Notes: a model not told the origin generated them from the letters alone. A stretch of DNA of 64,000 nt from Candidatus Omnitrophota bacterium (GCA_011620275.1 WOZK01000030.1:6242-70241), one strand, 5' to 3'; shown: positions 28,774-40,803, counted from the stretch's first letter. Numbers and translations are program-made.

Positions 28774-29805
28774 TTATACAACCGAAACCTTCCTGCCGCC
28801 GGTGACGATCTCACCTATCTTCCAGCTCTTGATCCCCTGCCCAGAGAGGAATGCGCAGATGTCTCCGCAAGCCGCGGGTTCTGCTATAATTACCATGCCC
28901 ACGCCCATATTGAGCGTGCGGAACATCTCGCCGTCTTCCACATTACCCTTGTTCCGAATGAGCTTGAATATCTTCGGCACCGCCCAGGAATTCCTGTTTA
29001 TCCTGGCGTCAAGACCGGCGGGAAGGATCCTGGCGATCTTGTCGTAAAAGGCGCCGCCGGTGATATTGGCGATGCCGTGGACCGGCATACCGGCGTTCTT
29101 GGCCCTGGGATTGAATGAAGCGTCGTTCAACAAAGCCAGCACCGGCTTGACGTAGATACGCGTGGGTTTCAGAAGTTCCGCGTGCATTCTCTTCTGCTCC
29201 TGGAGAGAAAGCACCTTGCGCACCAGAGAGTAACCGTTGGAATGGAGTCCGCTCGACTCCAGGCCGATGACCGCATCGCCCGCTTTGATCGAGTTGCCGT
29301 CGATCAGCTTGTCCTTTTCTGCAACCCCTACACAGAAACCTGCCAGGTCATACTCTCCGCAGCGGTATATACCCGGCATCTGCGCGGTCTCGCCTCCGAT
29401 CAAGGAACAACCGGACTGTATGCACCCATCGTTGATACCCTTCACTATATCGTAAAGCGTCTCCGGCTCCAGGCTGCTGTAGGCGATGTAATCAAGAAAG
29501 AACAACGGCTCGGCGCCGGTGCAAAGGATATCGTTGACATTCATCGCCACCAGATCGATACCCACGGTGGCATGCCTGCCGGCAAGCACGGCAATCTTCA
29601 ATTTCGTTCCCACGCCGTCGGCTGAAGAAACCAGCACCGGCTCGCGGAATTTATCACTGCCGATGCGAAAAAGACTGCCGAAACCGCCGATGTCGGCGAT
29701 GACCTCCGGCCGGAAAGAACGCCGCACCAGCGTTTTTATCTTCCCCTTGAAAACCGACGCCTTATCTATATCCACGCCCGCCTGCTTATAAGTAACTTTT
29801 TTCAT
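28774..29805 (-). CDS. purM: AIR synthase
   Basis: YKQAGVD, DGVGTK, GGETAQMPG, SSGLHSNGYSL, NMGVG. Confidence 0.98.
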   Translation of the reverse strand: MKKVTYKQAGVDIDKASVFKGKIKTLVRRSFRPEVIADIGGFGSLFRIGSDKFREPVLVSSADGVGTKLKIAVLAGRHATVGIDLVAMNVNDILCTGAEPLFFLDYIAYSSLEPETLYDIVKGINDGCIQSGCSLIGGETAQMPGIYRCGEYDLAGFCVGVAEKDKLIDGNSIKAGDAVIGLESSGLHSNGYSLVRKVLSLQEQKRMHAELLKPTRIYVKPVLALLNDASFNPRAKNAGMPVHGIANITGGAFYDKIARILPAGLDARINRNSWAVPKIFKLIRNKGNVEDGEMFRTLNMGVGMVIIAEPAACGDICAFLSGQGIKSWKIGEIVTGGRKVSVV

Positions 29806-29828
29806 AAACCGGTTCTCTCCTTAAAAAA

Positions 29829-29870
29829 TCTCTCCGGGCTTCAAGCCGGGGATTTCTGCGGTTTGATTAA
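29829..29870 (-). mobile_element. Short IS200/IS605-end-like palindromic element (copy 3)
   Basis: Minus strand TTAAT-CAAACCGCAGAAATCCCCGGCTTGAAGCCCGGAGAGA, equal to the two ends of copy 2 joined. Confidence 0.7.
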
Positions 29871-31309
29871 ACGCCGCCCTGCCCGCAGCAGTGCCTTTCG
29901 ATGGCTAATTTACCGGCCATTTTTTCCACCGGTAAAGGATACTTACCGCTCCAACAAGCAGTGCAGTAATAACCCGGGGGATTCCTCAAACACCCCAGCA
30001 TGCCGGAGAGGCTCAAATAACCGAGGGTATCCACTTCAAGGTATTTACGCACCTGGTCCAGCGACTGGTATTTATTGGCTATCAGTTCGCTGGGGTGGTT
30101 GAAATCTATGCCGTAGAAGCAGGGAAATTTGTGCGGAGGACAGGATATCATCATATGCACCTCCTTGACTCCGGCCTGGCGCAGGTTGCGCACGCGGATG
30201 CGGGAAGTGGTTCCCCTGACGATGGAATCGTCGACTATGACAACCTTTTTGCCGCGCAGAACGGTCTTGAGCAGGTTGAATTTCACCTTTACTCCCATCT
30301 CCCTGGAGTCCTGCGCCGGCTGTATGAACGTCCTGCCGACGTAATGATTCCTGATTATCCCCATCTCAAGCGGTATGCCGGAAGCGGAGGCATATCCCAT
30401 AGCGGCCGAGAACCCTGAATCCGGAACCGGGATCACCAGGTCGGCCTTGATCGGGTATTCCGCGGCGAGGCGCTCGCCGAGCTTTCTCCTTACCAGGTGC
30501 ACGTTATCGGAAAAAACCGTGGAATCCGGCCTGGAGAAATAAACATGCTCGAAAGTGCAAAAAGCGTATTTCTTGGTATGATGCAAATGCGACGGCCGCA
30601 CCGAACGGAAGCCGTTTTTATCGATGATGGCTATCTCCCCCGGTTCGAGTTCTCGCACGAACCTCGCCCCGATAAGATCGAAAGCGCAGGTCTCAGAGGC
30701 CAGGCACCAGGCGCCGCCGGCTTTCCCGAGGGACAACGGCCTGAAACCGAGCGGATCACGCACTCCGACCAGAGAATCATTGTTCATCAGCAACAACGAA
30801 TACGCTCCTTTTATCCTGCGCAGGGCGTAAACCAGGCTCTCGATGAAATCGCCGCTCTGCGCCCTCGCCATAAGCTGGATAATGATCTCGGAATCCGTAG
30901 TGGTCTGGAATATGGAACCGCGCCTTTCCAGGTATCTGCGCAGTTCGAGCGAGTTCACCAGGTTGCCGTTATGGGCGATGCAGACCGTGCCTTTGGCGTA
31001 ATCTATAAGCAACGGCTGAGCGTTCTTCAACACGCTGGAACCTGTGGTGGAATAACGCACGTGCCCCACCGCGCAGTTTCCTTTCAATTTATGGAACACA
31101 TCGGGGGTAAAGACGTCGCTCACCAACCCCATCCCTTTGTGCACAGAGAGACGGCCGTCGGACGCGGTCACTATGCCGCACGACTCCTGGCCCCGGTGCT
31201 GCAAGGCGTAAAGCCCCATATAAGTCAGCCAGGACGCCTGTTTATGCCCGAAAATACCGAACAGACCGCAGAACTCTTTCGGTGAATCGTCAAAGCAGTT
31301 TCCGCGCAT
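29867..31309 (-). CDS. purF: Amidophosphoribosyltransferase
   Basis: Propeptide then CG, QHRGQE, RYSTTG, HNGN, VPDSG, VDDSIVRGTT, Fe-S cysteines. Confidence 0.98.
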   Translation of the reverse strand: MRGNCFDDSPKEFCGLFGIFGHKQASWLTYMGLYALQHRGQESCGIVTASDGRLSVHKGMGLVSDVFTPDVFHKLKGNCAVGHVRYSTTGSSVLKNAQPLLIDYAKGTVCIAHNGNLVNSLELRRYLERRGSIFQTTTDSEIIIQLMARAQSGDFIESLVYALRRIKGAYSLLLMNNDSLVGVRDPLGFRPLSLGKAGGAWCLASETCAFDLIGARFVRELEPGEIAIIDKNGFRSVRPSHLHHTKKYAFCTFEHVYFSRPDSTVFSDNVHLVRRKLGERLAAEYPIKADLVIPVPDSGFSAAMGYASASGIPLEMGIIRNHYVGRTFIQPAQDSREMGVKVKFNLLKTVLRGKKVVIVDDSIVRGTTSRIRVRNLRQAGVKEVHMMISCPPHKFPCFYGIDFNHPSELIANKYQSLDQVRKYLEVDTLGYLSLSGMLGCLRNPPGYYCTACWSGKYPLPVEKMAGKLAIERHCCGQGGV

Positions 31310-32072
31310 AGCGCACTCCGTTCTTGAAGATTAATATGCCGTCCGGCTCCGCGGATTTGCGCCCCCTGCCACCGAACGGATGCTGAGACGATTGCACGTG
31401 CCGCTCCGGATGGGGCATCAATCCGAATATCCTGCCGGTGGCGTCGCAGATTCCGGCGATGTCCGCCTGCGAACCGTTGGGGTTGGCGGGATACACCGCC
31501 GCCGAACCGTCTTCATTGCAGTAAGTAACCACCGCCTGTCTTTTATCCAATATGCAGCGCAAAGATGCCGTGTCGGCGGTCATGAACTTCCCCTCCCCGT
31601 GGGCCACCGGCAGATAGATCACTCTCCCTATGCCTTCGGTCCAGACACAAACCGACTCGGGTATCCGCAGGTGAACCCAGCGCGCCTCGAACTTGCTTGA
31701 ATCATTGATCACCAGGCTGGCTTCCTGCTTCCACTGCGCGTTCCCCGGCAGCAGGCCGCTTTTCACCAGTATCTGAAAACCGTTGCAGATGCCGATGACC
31801 AGCTTTCCGGCGGAGATGAACCTCTCCACGCTCTCACGAAGTTTACAGCGCAGTTCGTTGGCCAGGACTTTGCCGGCGGCTATGTCGTCTCCGTAGGAAA
31901 AACCTCCGGGCAGGGCCAGGATATGATAATCATCCAGCTTGCGCCCGCCCGCCGCGAGGAGATTGACATGCACAAGCTCCGCCTGCGCCCCGGCGAGCCC
32001 GAATGCGAAAGCTGTCTCCGCGTCGCAATTCGTGCCGGCGGTTCTCAATATACATACTCTCGGTTTCTTCAT
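31290..32072 (-). CDS. purQ: FGAM synthase glutaminase subunit
   Basis: GTNCD, PGGFSYGD, GICNGFQ, AHGEG, MPHPER. Confidence 0.97.
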   Translation of the reverse strand: MKKPRVCILRTAGTNCDAETAFAFGLAGAQAELVHVNLLAAGGRKLDDYHILALPGGFSYGDDIAAGKVLANELRCKLRESVERFISAGKLVIGICNGFQILVKSGLLPGNAQWKQEASLVINDSSKFEARWVHLRIPESVCVWTEGIGRVIYLPVAHGEGKFMTADTASLRCILDKRQAVVTYCNEDGSAAVYPANPNGSQADIAGICDATGRIFGLMPHPERHVQSSQHPFGGRGRKSAEPDGILIFKNGVRYARKLL

Positions 32073-32087
32073 ACAGGTTTCCCGTTC

Positions 32088-32771
32088 CTATATCCCGCTA
32101 ACGGAACGCAGCCGCGCTCTTCTTCCGCGGCGGTAAAACTCCCGGATGACGCGCACCGCCTGGGCGGACGTATCCGCGACCTTGAATATCTCCAGTTCGC
32201 TTTTGTCCACGTTCCCTTTCGCCACCACCGTCTTTTTGAGCCAGTCCAGCATACCCTGCCAGTAGGCGCGCCCGAAAAGCACCACCGGAAATCTGGAAAT
32301 GCGCCCGGTCTGAATCAGGGTCACGGCTTCGAAGAATTCATCCATTGTTCCGTACCCGCCCGGCATGATCACGAAAGCGCTGGCGTATTTGACGAACATA
32401 ACCTTACGCACGAAAAAATAATGGAATTCCAGCAGGGTGTCGACGTAACGATTTGCCTTCTGTTCAGAGGGGATCTGAATGTTCAGGCCGATCGATTTAC
32501 CTTTGGCCCTGCGCGCCCCTTTATTGGCGGCCTCCATTATGCCGCCGCCGCTGCCGGTGATCACCGCGAATCCCGACTTAGCCAATAAATAAGCAGTCTC
32601 TTCCGCCAGTTTATAATACTTGTTCTGTGGGCTGGTCCGGCTGGAGCCAAAAATGGACACGGCTTTCTTAAGAGAGCTTAATATCTCGAACCCCTCGACG
32701 AACTCCGACATTATACGGAACACGCGCCAGGGATCTTCCTTCACAAAATTGTTGTCGACATCTCTCGCCAT
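32088..32771 (-). CDS. LOG-family nucleotide phosphoribohydrolase (TIGR00730-like)
   Basis: IFGSSR, GIMEAANKG, FFVRK, PGGYGTMDE. Confidence 0.92.
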   Translation of the reverse strand: MARDVDNNFVKEDPWRVFRIMSEFVEGFEILSSLKKAVSIFGSSRTSPQNKYYKLAEETAYLLAKSGFAVITGSGGGIMEAANKGARRAKGKSIGLNIQIPSEQKANRYVDTLLEFHYFFVRKVMFVKYASAFVIMPGGYGTMDEFFEAVTLIQTGRISRFPVVLFGRAYWQGMLDWLKKTVVAKGNVDKSELEIFKVADTSAQAVRVIREFYRRGRRARLRSVSGI

Positions 32772-32772
32772 T

Positions 32773-35685
<2,913 letters not shown>

Positions 35686-35783
35686 TTTAAGGAGTTATTT
35701 TATCCGCACGATATTACGGCGGGCAAGACTTCGCGGCTGTTCTATTTATACAAAATGGACCCGGCCTCTATAGGCAGGGATCA

Positions 35784-37085
35784 CTACCTCTTTTTTTCTA
35801 CCGTGCGTTTGAATATTCTGCCGACGTTGCGTAAATAATAATCCAGGTCAAAAATACGCTTGAGTTCCTCGCCGGAAAGATACGAAGCCACCTCCCGGTC
35901 GGCCAGAAGGTTATCCAGAAAAACGCCTCCCCCCTTCCAGGTGAGCATTGCGCACCTCTGCACCATATCGTAAGCCTTAGGCCGGGGCAGCCCCTTTTCC
36001 ATCAGCTCCAGCAGTACCCTTTGCGAGAAAATCAGCCCTCCGGTCCTCTCCAAGTTCTCCCTCATCCTTTCCGGAGAAACCTTCATACCTTCGACCACCG
36101 AAATGAATTTATGAAGCATATAATCCAGGACGATCGTCGAATCCGGTATGATCACCCTTTCATTCGAAGAATGGCTGATATCGCGTTCATGCCATAAAGC
36201 GATATTCTCCATGGCGACCTGGGCATTTCCGCGCAGAAGCCTGCTCAGCCCGCAGATACGCTCGCAGATAACCGGGTTGCGTTTATGCGGCATTGCGGAA
36301 GATCCCTTTTGCCCTTTGCCGAAAGGCTCTTCCGCCTCCAGCACTTCCGTCCTCTGCAGATGCCTGATCTCCATGGCGAACTTCTCCAGGCTGCCGCCGA
36401 TCAAAGCCAGTACGCAAAGGTAAGCGGCGTAAACGTCCCTCTGGATTATCTGCGTGGAGATGGAAGCCGGCTTCAGCCCCAACCTGCGGCAAACGAACAA
36501 CTCGACTGCCGGGTCTATGTTGGAGTAAGTCCCCACGGCGCCGGACAATTTGCCCTGCGCCGCCTCTGCGGCGGATGTTTTCAGACGTTCGATATTGCGC
36601 AATGTCTCTTCATACCAGACCGCCAGTTTCAACCCGAAAGTCAAAGGTTCGGCGTGCACGCCGTGCGTGCGGCCGATGCAAACCGTGCGCTTGTGGCGCA
36701 ATGCCAGGCGCTTTATGGAAGATAAGAGTCTCTCCAGGTCGCGCAACAATATCGCGGAAGCCGATTTCAACTGCACCCCGAGAGTAGTGTCCAGCAAGTC
36801 GGAAGAAGTCAGGCCGGCATGAAAATACTGCGCGTCCGGACCTATGGAAGCGGAAACGTTGGCCACGAAAGCAACGATATCGTGGTTCGTGCTTTCTTCT
36901 ATTCTCTTTATCTCGTCCACATCGAACCGCGCTTTTTTGCGCATTCTGGACGCGGCGGCAGCCGGTATCCTGCCCCGTCCGGCAAGCGCTTCGGCGGCGA
37001 GCAATTCTATTTCAAGCATGGTGCGGAACTTAAAGTCGTCCTTCCAGACGGCGGACATTTCAGGCAAACTGTATCGCTCTATCAT
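35784..37085 (-). CDS. purB: Adenylosuccinate lyase
   Basis: MIERYS start with GGAGG SD, GRTHGVHAEP, GSSAMPHKRNP, WHERDISHSS. Confidence 0.97.
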   Translation of the reverse strand: MIERYSLPEMSAVWKDDFKFRTMLEIELLAAEALAGRGRIPAAAASRMRKKARFDVDEIKRIEESTNHDIVAFVANVSASIGPDAQYFHAGLTSSDLLDTTLGVQLKSASAILLRDLERLLSSIKRLALRHKRTVCIGRTHGVHAEPLTFGLKLAVWYEETLRNIERLKTSAAEAAQGKLSGAVGTYSNIDPAVELFVCRRLGLKPASISTQIIQRDVYAAYLCVLALIGGSLEKFAMEIRHLQRTEVLEAEEPFGKGQKGSSAMPHKRNPVICERICGLSRLLRGNAQVAMENIALWHERDISHSSNERVIIPDSTIVLDYMLHKFISVVEGMKVSPERMRENLERTGGLIFSQRVLLELMEKGLPRPKAYDMVQRCAMLTWKGGGVFLDNLLADREVASYLSGEELKRIFDLDYYLRNVGRIFKRTVEKKR

Positions 37086-37152
37086 ATTCCCTCCAGAGAA
37101 TGTTATTATATCAGAAATACACCGCTTCGCAATAAAAAGTCCCATAAAACTA

Positions 37153-37180
37153 TTGACAAAAAAATTTATAATGTTATAGT
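37153..37180 (+). promoter_or_regulatory. Sigma70-type promoter for cspA
   Basis: TTGACA-16 nt-TATAGT with extended TG. Confidence 0.6.
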
Positions 37181-37236
37181 TATTTTGTAATTTATAAAAG
37201 TGAAGGAGAATTTTATTGCGTGATAATCGGAAAAAC

Positions 37237-37277
37237 CCGTAAAGCAAGTAATGAGCTGAGCTTTACGGATTTTTTTT
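37237..37277 (+). terminator. Terminator-like hairpin within the cspA leader (possible attenuator)
   Basis: CCGTAAAGC/GCTTTACGG stem followed by A and T8. Confidence 0.65.
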
Positions 37278-37298
37278 AAAAGGAGGGGAAAAGCGGCA

Positions 37299-37511
37299 AT
37301 GGCAAAAGGCAAAGTAAAGTGGTTCAGCAATCAGAAGGGTTACGGATTCATCACCGGGGAAAACGGCAAAGACGTATTTGTCCACTACAGCGCGATCAAG
37401 GGCGACGGTTACAAGAGCCTTGAAGAGGGACAGGACGTTGAATTCGAAGTCACGCAGGGCCCAAAAGGCGAGCAGGCTTCCAACGTCACCAAAGCATCTC
37501 CTTCAGTATAA
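37299..37511 (+). CDS. cspA: Cold-shock protein
   Basis: [21 protein letters not shown]; AAGGAGG SD. Confidence 0.97.
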   Translation: MAKGKVKWFSNQKGYGFITGENGKDVFVHYSAIKGDGYKSLEEGQDVEFEVTQGPKGEQASNVTKASPSV

Positions 37512-37539
37512 TTTCTCTACATCCTATTGCTGTGCAGAG

Positions 37540-37573
37540 CCCCCTGCCGCGCAAGCGGCGGGGGGTTTTGTTT
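37540..37573 (+). terminator. Intrinsic terminator after cspA
   Basis: CCCCCTGCCGC-GCAA-GCGGCGGGGGG followed by TTTTGTTT. Confidence 0.8.
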
Positions 37574-37789
37574 GCCCAAAACAATACCGGGTCTGCCTGC
37601 CCTTTTGCCTCAGCGGGAGTTTCTGCCAAAACTGTTCCCGCTATCAGACAATGAAACAAAACAAGAATGAATTTCCTGAAACTGCGAGGTGATTTCAAGG
37701 GAATCAGCGAAGCGACCTGCCAACGGGAGTATTCCATAGCCTCCCCCAAACAAAAAAAAGAGCCTCTTTCGGCTTTCTCTTATTCGAAA

Positions 37790-37806
37790 TGGTGCCGAGG
37801 GAGGGA
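37790..37806 (-). repeat. tRNA-Phe 3'-end fragment with CCA (att-like repeat 2)
   Basis: TCCCTCCCTCGGCACCA, identical to the tRNA 3' end plus CCA. Confidence 0.8.
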
Positions 37807-37951
37807 CACTAGCCCGCAGGGCGAAGGGCCCCGATCTCGGCAACTGTATTTGCGAGAAATTCAACGGGAAAATTCATTTTTACGGGGGATTTCGAAGCAA
37901 ATACAGGCGATTGCCGCAGGCAATTGCGACCATTTCGATGTCCTTCCGAAA

Positions 37952-37981
37952 TGGTGCCGAGGGAGGGAATCGGTACCCCCC
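37952..37981 (-). repeat. tRNA-Phe T-arm/3'-end fragment with CCA (att-like repeat 1)
   Basis: GGGGGGTACCGATTCCCTCCCTCGGCACCA versus tRNA GGGGGGTCCGATTCCCTCCCTCGGCA. Confidence 0.85.
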
Positions 37982-38154
37982 GTCGCTCTCTACGTTCGCT
38001 CCTTAGGAAGGGGCAAGCCCCTTCCTAACGCCCCAAAACACGGGGCTGGTCTTCCCCAAACGTGGGGGAAATCTTCCCCCACACCCCTTTCGTGTGGGGG
38101 GTCCTCTGTTCCCAAATAAAAAATGAGCCTATCTTCAGACTCATTCTGTAAAAG

Positions 38155-38226
38155 TGCCGAGGGAGGGAATCGGACCCCCCACGCCGGCCTTTTCAGGGCC
38201 GCGCTCTACCACTGAGCTACCTCGGC
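38155..38226 (-). tRNA. tRNA-Phe (GAA), CCA not encoded
   Basis: Cloverleaf: GCCGAGG/CCTCGGC acceptor stem, GCTC/GAGC D arm, CGGCC-CTGAAAA-GGCCG anticodon arm, T loop TCCGATT. Confidence 0.95.
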
Positions 38227-38340
38227 ATCAACGTTTCATATATTGTGGAATTATAACATATTTCCCGTCCCAGGCAAGGGAAATCTCCACTCTCTACTCT
38301 ACGCGAATCTCAAGCTGAATTTTTTGTTTATAAATTTGTT

Positions 38341-38628
38341 CTATTTCTCTTCCTCTGAGTATGTATCGCGCAAGGTACCAAGCTTAGTATTCCCCTGTGC
38401 ATTTCCACCATCTGCATCAAGCACTTCAACAGCATATCCTGGATAAAGAGAATTAAATCTTCTAGTTTTCCATTCTTGAATTGTCATATCATTCTTGGCC
38501 ATATTAGAAAAATTATATGTCGTTAATATTACTTTTGCTCCGCTAACATTCCTGCCGTTTTGCATAAAAGCAACATCAAATCCCTCCACATCCCATATCC
38601 TTTTCTCAATATTCTTAACTTTTGGCAT
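38341..38628 (-). CDS. Small AT-rich hypothetical protein with two similar halves
   Basis: 95-aa ORF with GAGGAG SD; visibly AT-rich codons. Confidence 0.85.
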   Translation of the reverse strand: MPKVKNIEKRIWDVEGFDVAFMQNGRNVSGAKVILTTYNFSNMAKNDMTIQEWKTRRFNSLYPGYAVEVLDADGGNAQGNTKLGTLRDTYSEEEK

Positions 38629-38693
38629 GACTCCTCCTCTGTTTAAAGGTTAATCCAGGCAAGAAAAATTTAACCGGCGGTGGATAGACAGAT

Positions 38694-39116
38694 TCATTTC
38701 TCGGACAGACGCGCCCCTTCGGCGATGATCTTGCTGAAAACTTCCTTGGCCATATCTATCCTTGGCTCCCCTTCGTTCTTAACGGTTATGCGCAAACGGT
38801 TGATCTTCCTGGTCATGCGGATTATGCGGATATCCATAATAGTCGAGAGAACGTCAAGCTGTAAATAACCCCTTGCCCTGCTTTCCTGCCTGATCACCCC
38901 CTTGATACGGCTAACCATATAAACGGCATCCCAAAGGTCCCGGTAGAAAATATCCGTATCTCCCTGTATGGTATTCCTGCCGACCATCTTGCCGGAAGTC
39001 ATTAACGTTTGTGACTTTGACGTCCAGAAAAAAGGGGTGCAGCCCTGCAGCGACTGCATCATCAAAACCGCCGCCAACATTAAGACTGCCGCCATTCCCG
39101 CTGTTTTTCTCATCAT
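38694..39116 (-). CDS. Putative lipoprotein (DUF3568-like)
   Basis: MMRKTAG...LQGC lipobox; ATG overlaps the upstream TGA. Confidence 0.75.
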   Translation of the reverse strand: MMRKTAGMAAVLMLAAVLMMQSLQGCTPFFWTSKSQTLMTSGKMVGRNTIQGDTDIFYRDLWDAVYMVSRIKGVIRQESRARGYLQLDVLSTIMDIRIIRMTRKINRLRITVKNEGEPRIDMAKEVFSKIIAEGARLSEK

Positions 39117-39217
39117 TTCAGCTCTTTCCTGGAGAATATCTTGACGAAACAGAAGATATTCAACGCTATTATACCAAACCAGAATATAATGAAAAATACC
39201 CACCCGCCGGCCGTCAT
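39113..39217 (-). CDS. 34-aa single-TM peptide coupled to the NSS transporter
   Basis: MTAGGWVFFIIFWFGIIALNIFCFVKIFSRKELK; ATGA overlaps at both ends. Confidence 0.75.
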   Translation of the reverse strand: MTAGGWVFFIIFWFGIIALNIFCFVKIFSRKELK

Positions 39218-40803
39218 TTCCCCTCTTTTCCCGGCTCTCTTCTTTTCCATGCCGTCCTGACAAGCGAAGCCAACAGAATGAATATACCCAGCAGAACGCA
39301 TCGGGTAGCCAAAATAAAAGGTTTATCCTGCGATGGCACCCCTTTCATCTTAATCACCGGCAGCCATTGTTGAAAAAACCACATCCCCAGTATAGCAAAC
39401 AAGAACAACGGAGTCACATATTTAATGATGAATTTATACACTGAAGGGACAGTCAGATCCGCCCCCTTATGTATCTCTTCCCAGGCGTTTTGCATGCCGA
39501 GAACCCAGCTGAAGAGTATAGTCTCTATTGTGGCGAATACCACCAGAAAAACCGTCCCGCCCCAGAAATCCAGTTCATCCACCACCCCGTTCTTGAGAAA
39601 AAATATCACGGGCTGGCAAAGAAGAAAAGCCGTGACGGCGAATATCATCACCGCTTTCCTCCTGTCCAGGTTGAATTCATCCTCCATAAAGGCTATCACC
39701 GGCTGCGCGAGCGATACGGAAGAAGTGATGCCCGCGAGGAAAAGCAGGAAGAACCAAAAGAAACCGGTGATCTGGCTCCAGGGCATACTGTTTATGATCA
39801 GGGGCATTGTGACGAATCCGAGGTCAAATACGCCCGACCTGGCGATCTCTCCCGTCTCCTGCGGCCCGAAGAAAACAAAAGCGGCGGGAATTATGATACC
39901 GCCTCCAAGTATTACCTCGGCAAACTCATTGGTGCCTGCCGCGGTAAGACCGGAAAGCACGATATCATCCCCTTTGGAAAGATAACTGGCATAGGTGAGT
40001 ATCACGCCTATCCCGACGCTTAATGTAAAGAACACTTGACCCGCGGCTTCCAGCCAGACCTTTGCCGACTTCAAAGCCGTGAAATCAGGGTTCCAGAGGA
40101 AACCGAAGCCGTTGGCTATATTCCACTCAGGATGCAGAACATTCGGGGCGCCCAGACTGACCACCCGCAGCAAGAGTATCAATCCCAGAGAAAGAAGAAG
40201 CGGCAGCGCCACCTTACAAAGCCGCTCAATACCACCCTTGATACCGTAATACAGAACGACGACGTTCAGGATAAACGTGCAGATAAAGAAGAAATAAGCG
40301 GGGCCTATACCGAAGAAGTATCCGTTTTTCTCCACCCCCTGGAACCCGTGAAGAAAAGCACGCATCATTCCCTGCCCGGTTATGCCGCGGTAACTCCCGG
40401 CAAGGGAGAAAAAGCTGTAGGCCAGCGTCCATGATTCGATGTAGGAATAATATATGTATATGACCAGCGGGCCGAACAGTCCAATAACGCCGAAGTATTT
40501 AATGAACCTGTTCTTGCGCCAGATGGAATGGAATATGCCCGGCGCCGTCCCGTGCCCGAAACCGCCTCCGTAACGTCCAAGCGTCCATTCAATCCACATC
40601 AACGGGATCCCGAGCAGAAGAAAAGCTATAAGATAAGGGATCATGAAAGCGCCGCCGCCGTTTGCCGCTGCCTTTGCCGGGAATCTCAAGAAATTACCCA
40701 GCCCGATGGCGGATCCCGCCACAGCCATGACCACGCCCAGGCGGCTTCCCCAATTCTCTCTTTTTCGCTCGGACGAATGCTTAACCGGAAGTTTCTTGTT
40801 CAT
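39214..40803 (-). CDS. Sodium-dependent NSS-family transporter (LeuT-like)
   Basis: RENWGSRLG, AIGLGNFLRFP, GGGAFMIPY, AAGQVFFTLS, AGITSS, ELDFW. Confidence 0.95.
   Translation of the reverse strand: MNKKLPVKHSSERKRENWGSRLGVVMAVAGSAIGLGNFLRFPAKAAANGGGAFMIPYLIAFLLLGIPLMWIEWTLGRYGGGFGHGTAPGIFHSIWRKNRFIKYFGVIGLFGPLVIYIYYSYIESWTLAYSFFSLAGSYRGITGQGMMRAFLHGFQGVEKNGYFFGIGPAYFFFICTFILNVVVLYYGIKGGIERLCKVALPLLLSLGLILLLRVVSLGAPNVLHPEWNIANGFGFLWNPDFTALKSAKVWLEAAGQVFFTLSVGIGVILTYASYLSKGDDIVLSGLTAAGTNEFAEVILGGGIIIPAAFVFFGPQETGEIARSGVFDLGFVTMPLIINSMPWSQITGFFWFFLLFLAGITSSVSLAQPVIAFMEDEFNLDRRKAVMIFAVTAFLLCQPVIFFLKNGVVDELDFWGGTVFLVVFATIETILFSWVLGMQNAWEEIHKGADLTVPSVYKFIIKYVTPLFLFAILGMWFFQQWLPVIKMKGVPSQDKPFILATRCVLLGIFILLASLVRTAWKRREPGKEGK

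Noticed and set aside
37086-37247. N-terminal extension of purB in the ORF track
   Set aside because: This is AT-rich divergent promoter DNA; the true start is MIERYS with a GGAGG SD
37486-37749. 87-aa minus-strand ORF with a signal-peptide-like stretch
   Set aside because: It runs through the cspA terminator and into cspA with poor SD spacing; at most a remnant
37667-38119. 150-aa ORF with repeated KWCRGR
   Set aside because: The repeat is simply the antisense translation of the tRNA 3'-end duplicates
37790-38226. Three repeats with spacers as a possible CRISPR array
   Set aside because: The repeats are tRNA ends, the spacers are far too long, and no cas genes are present
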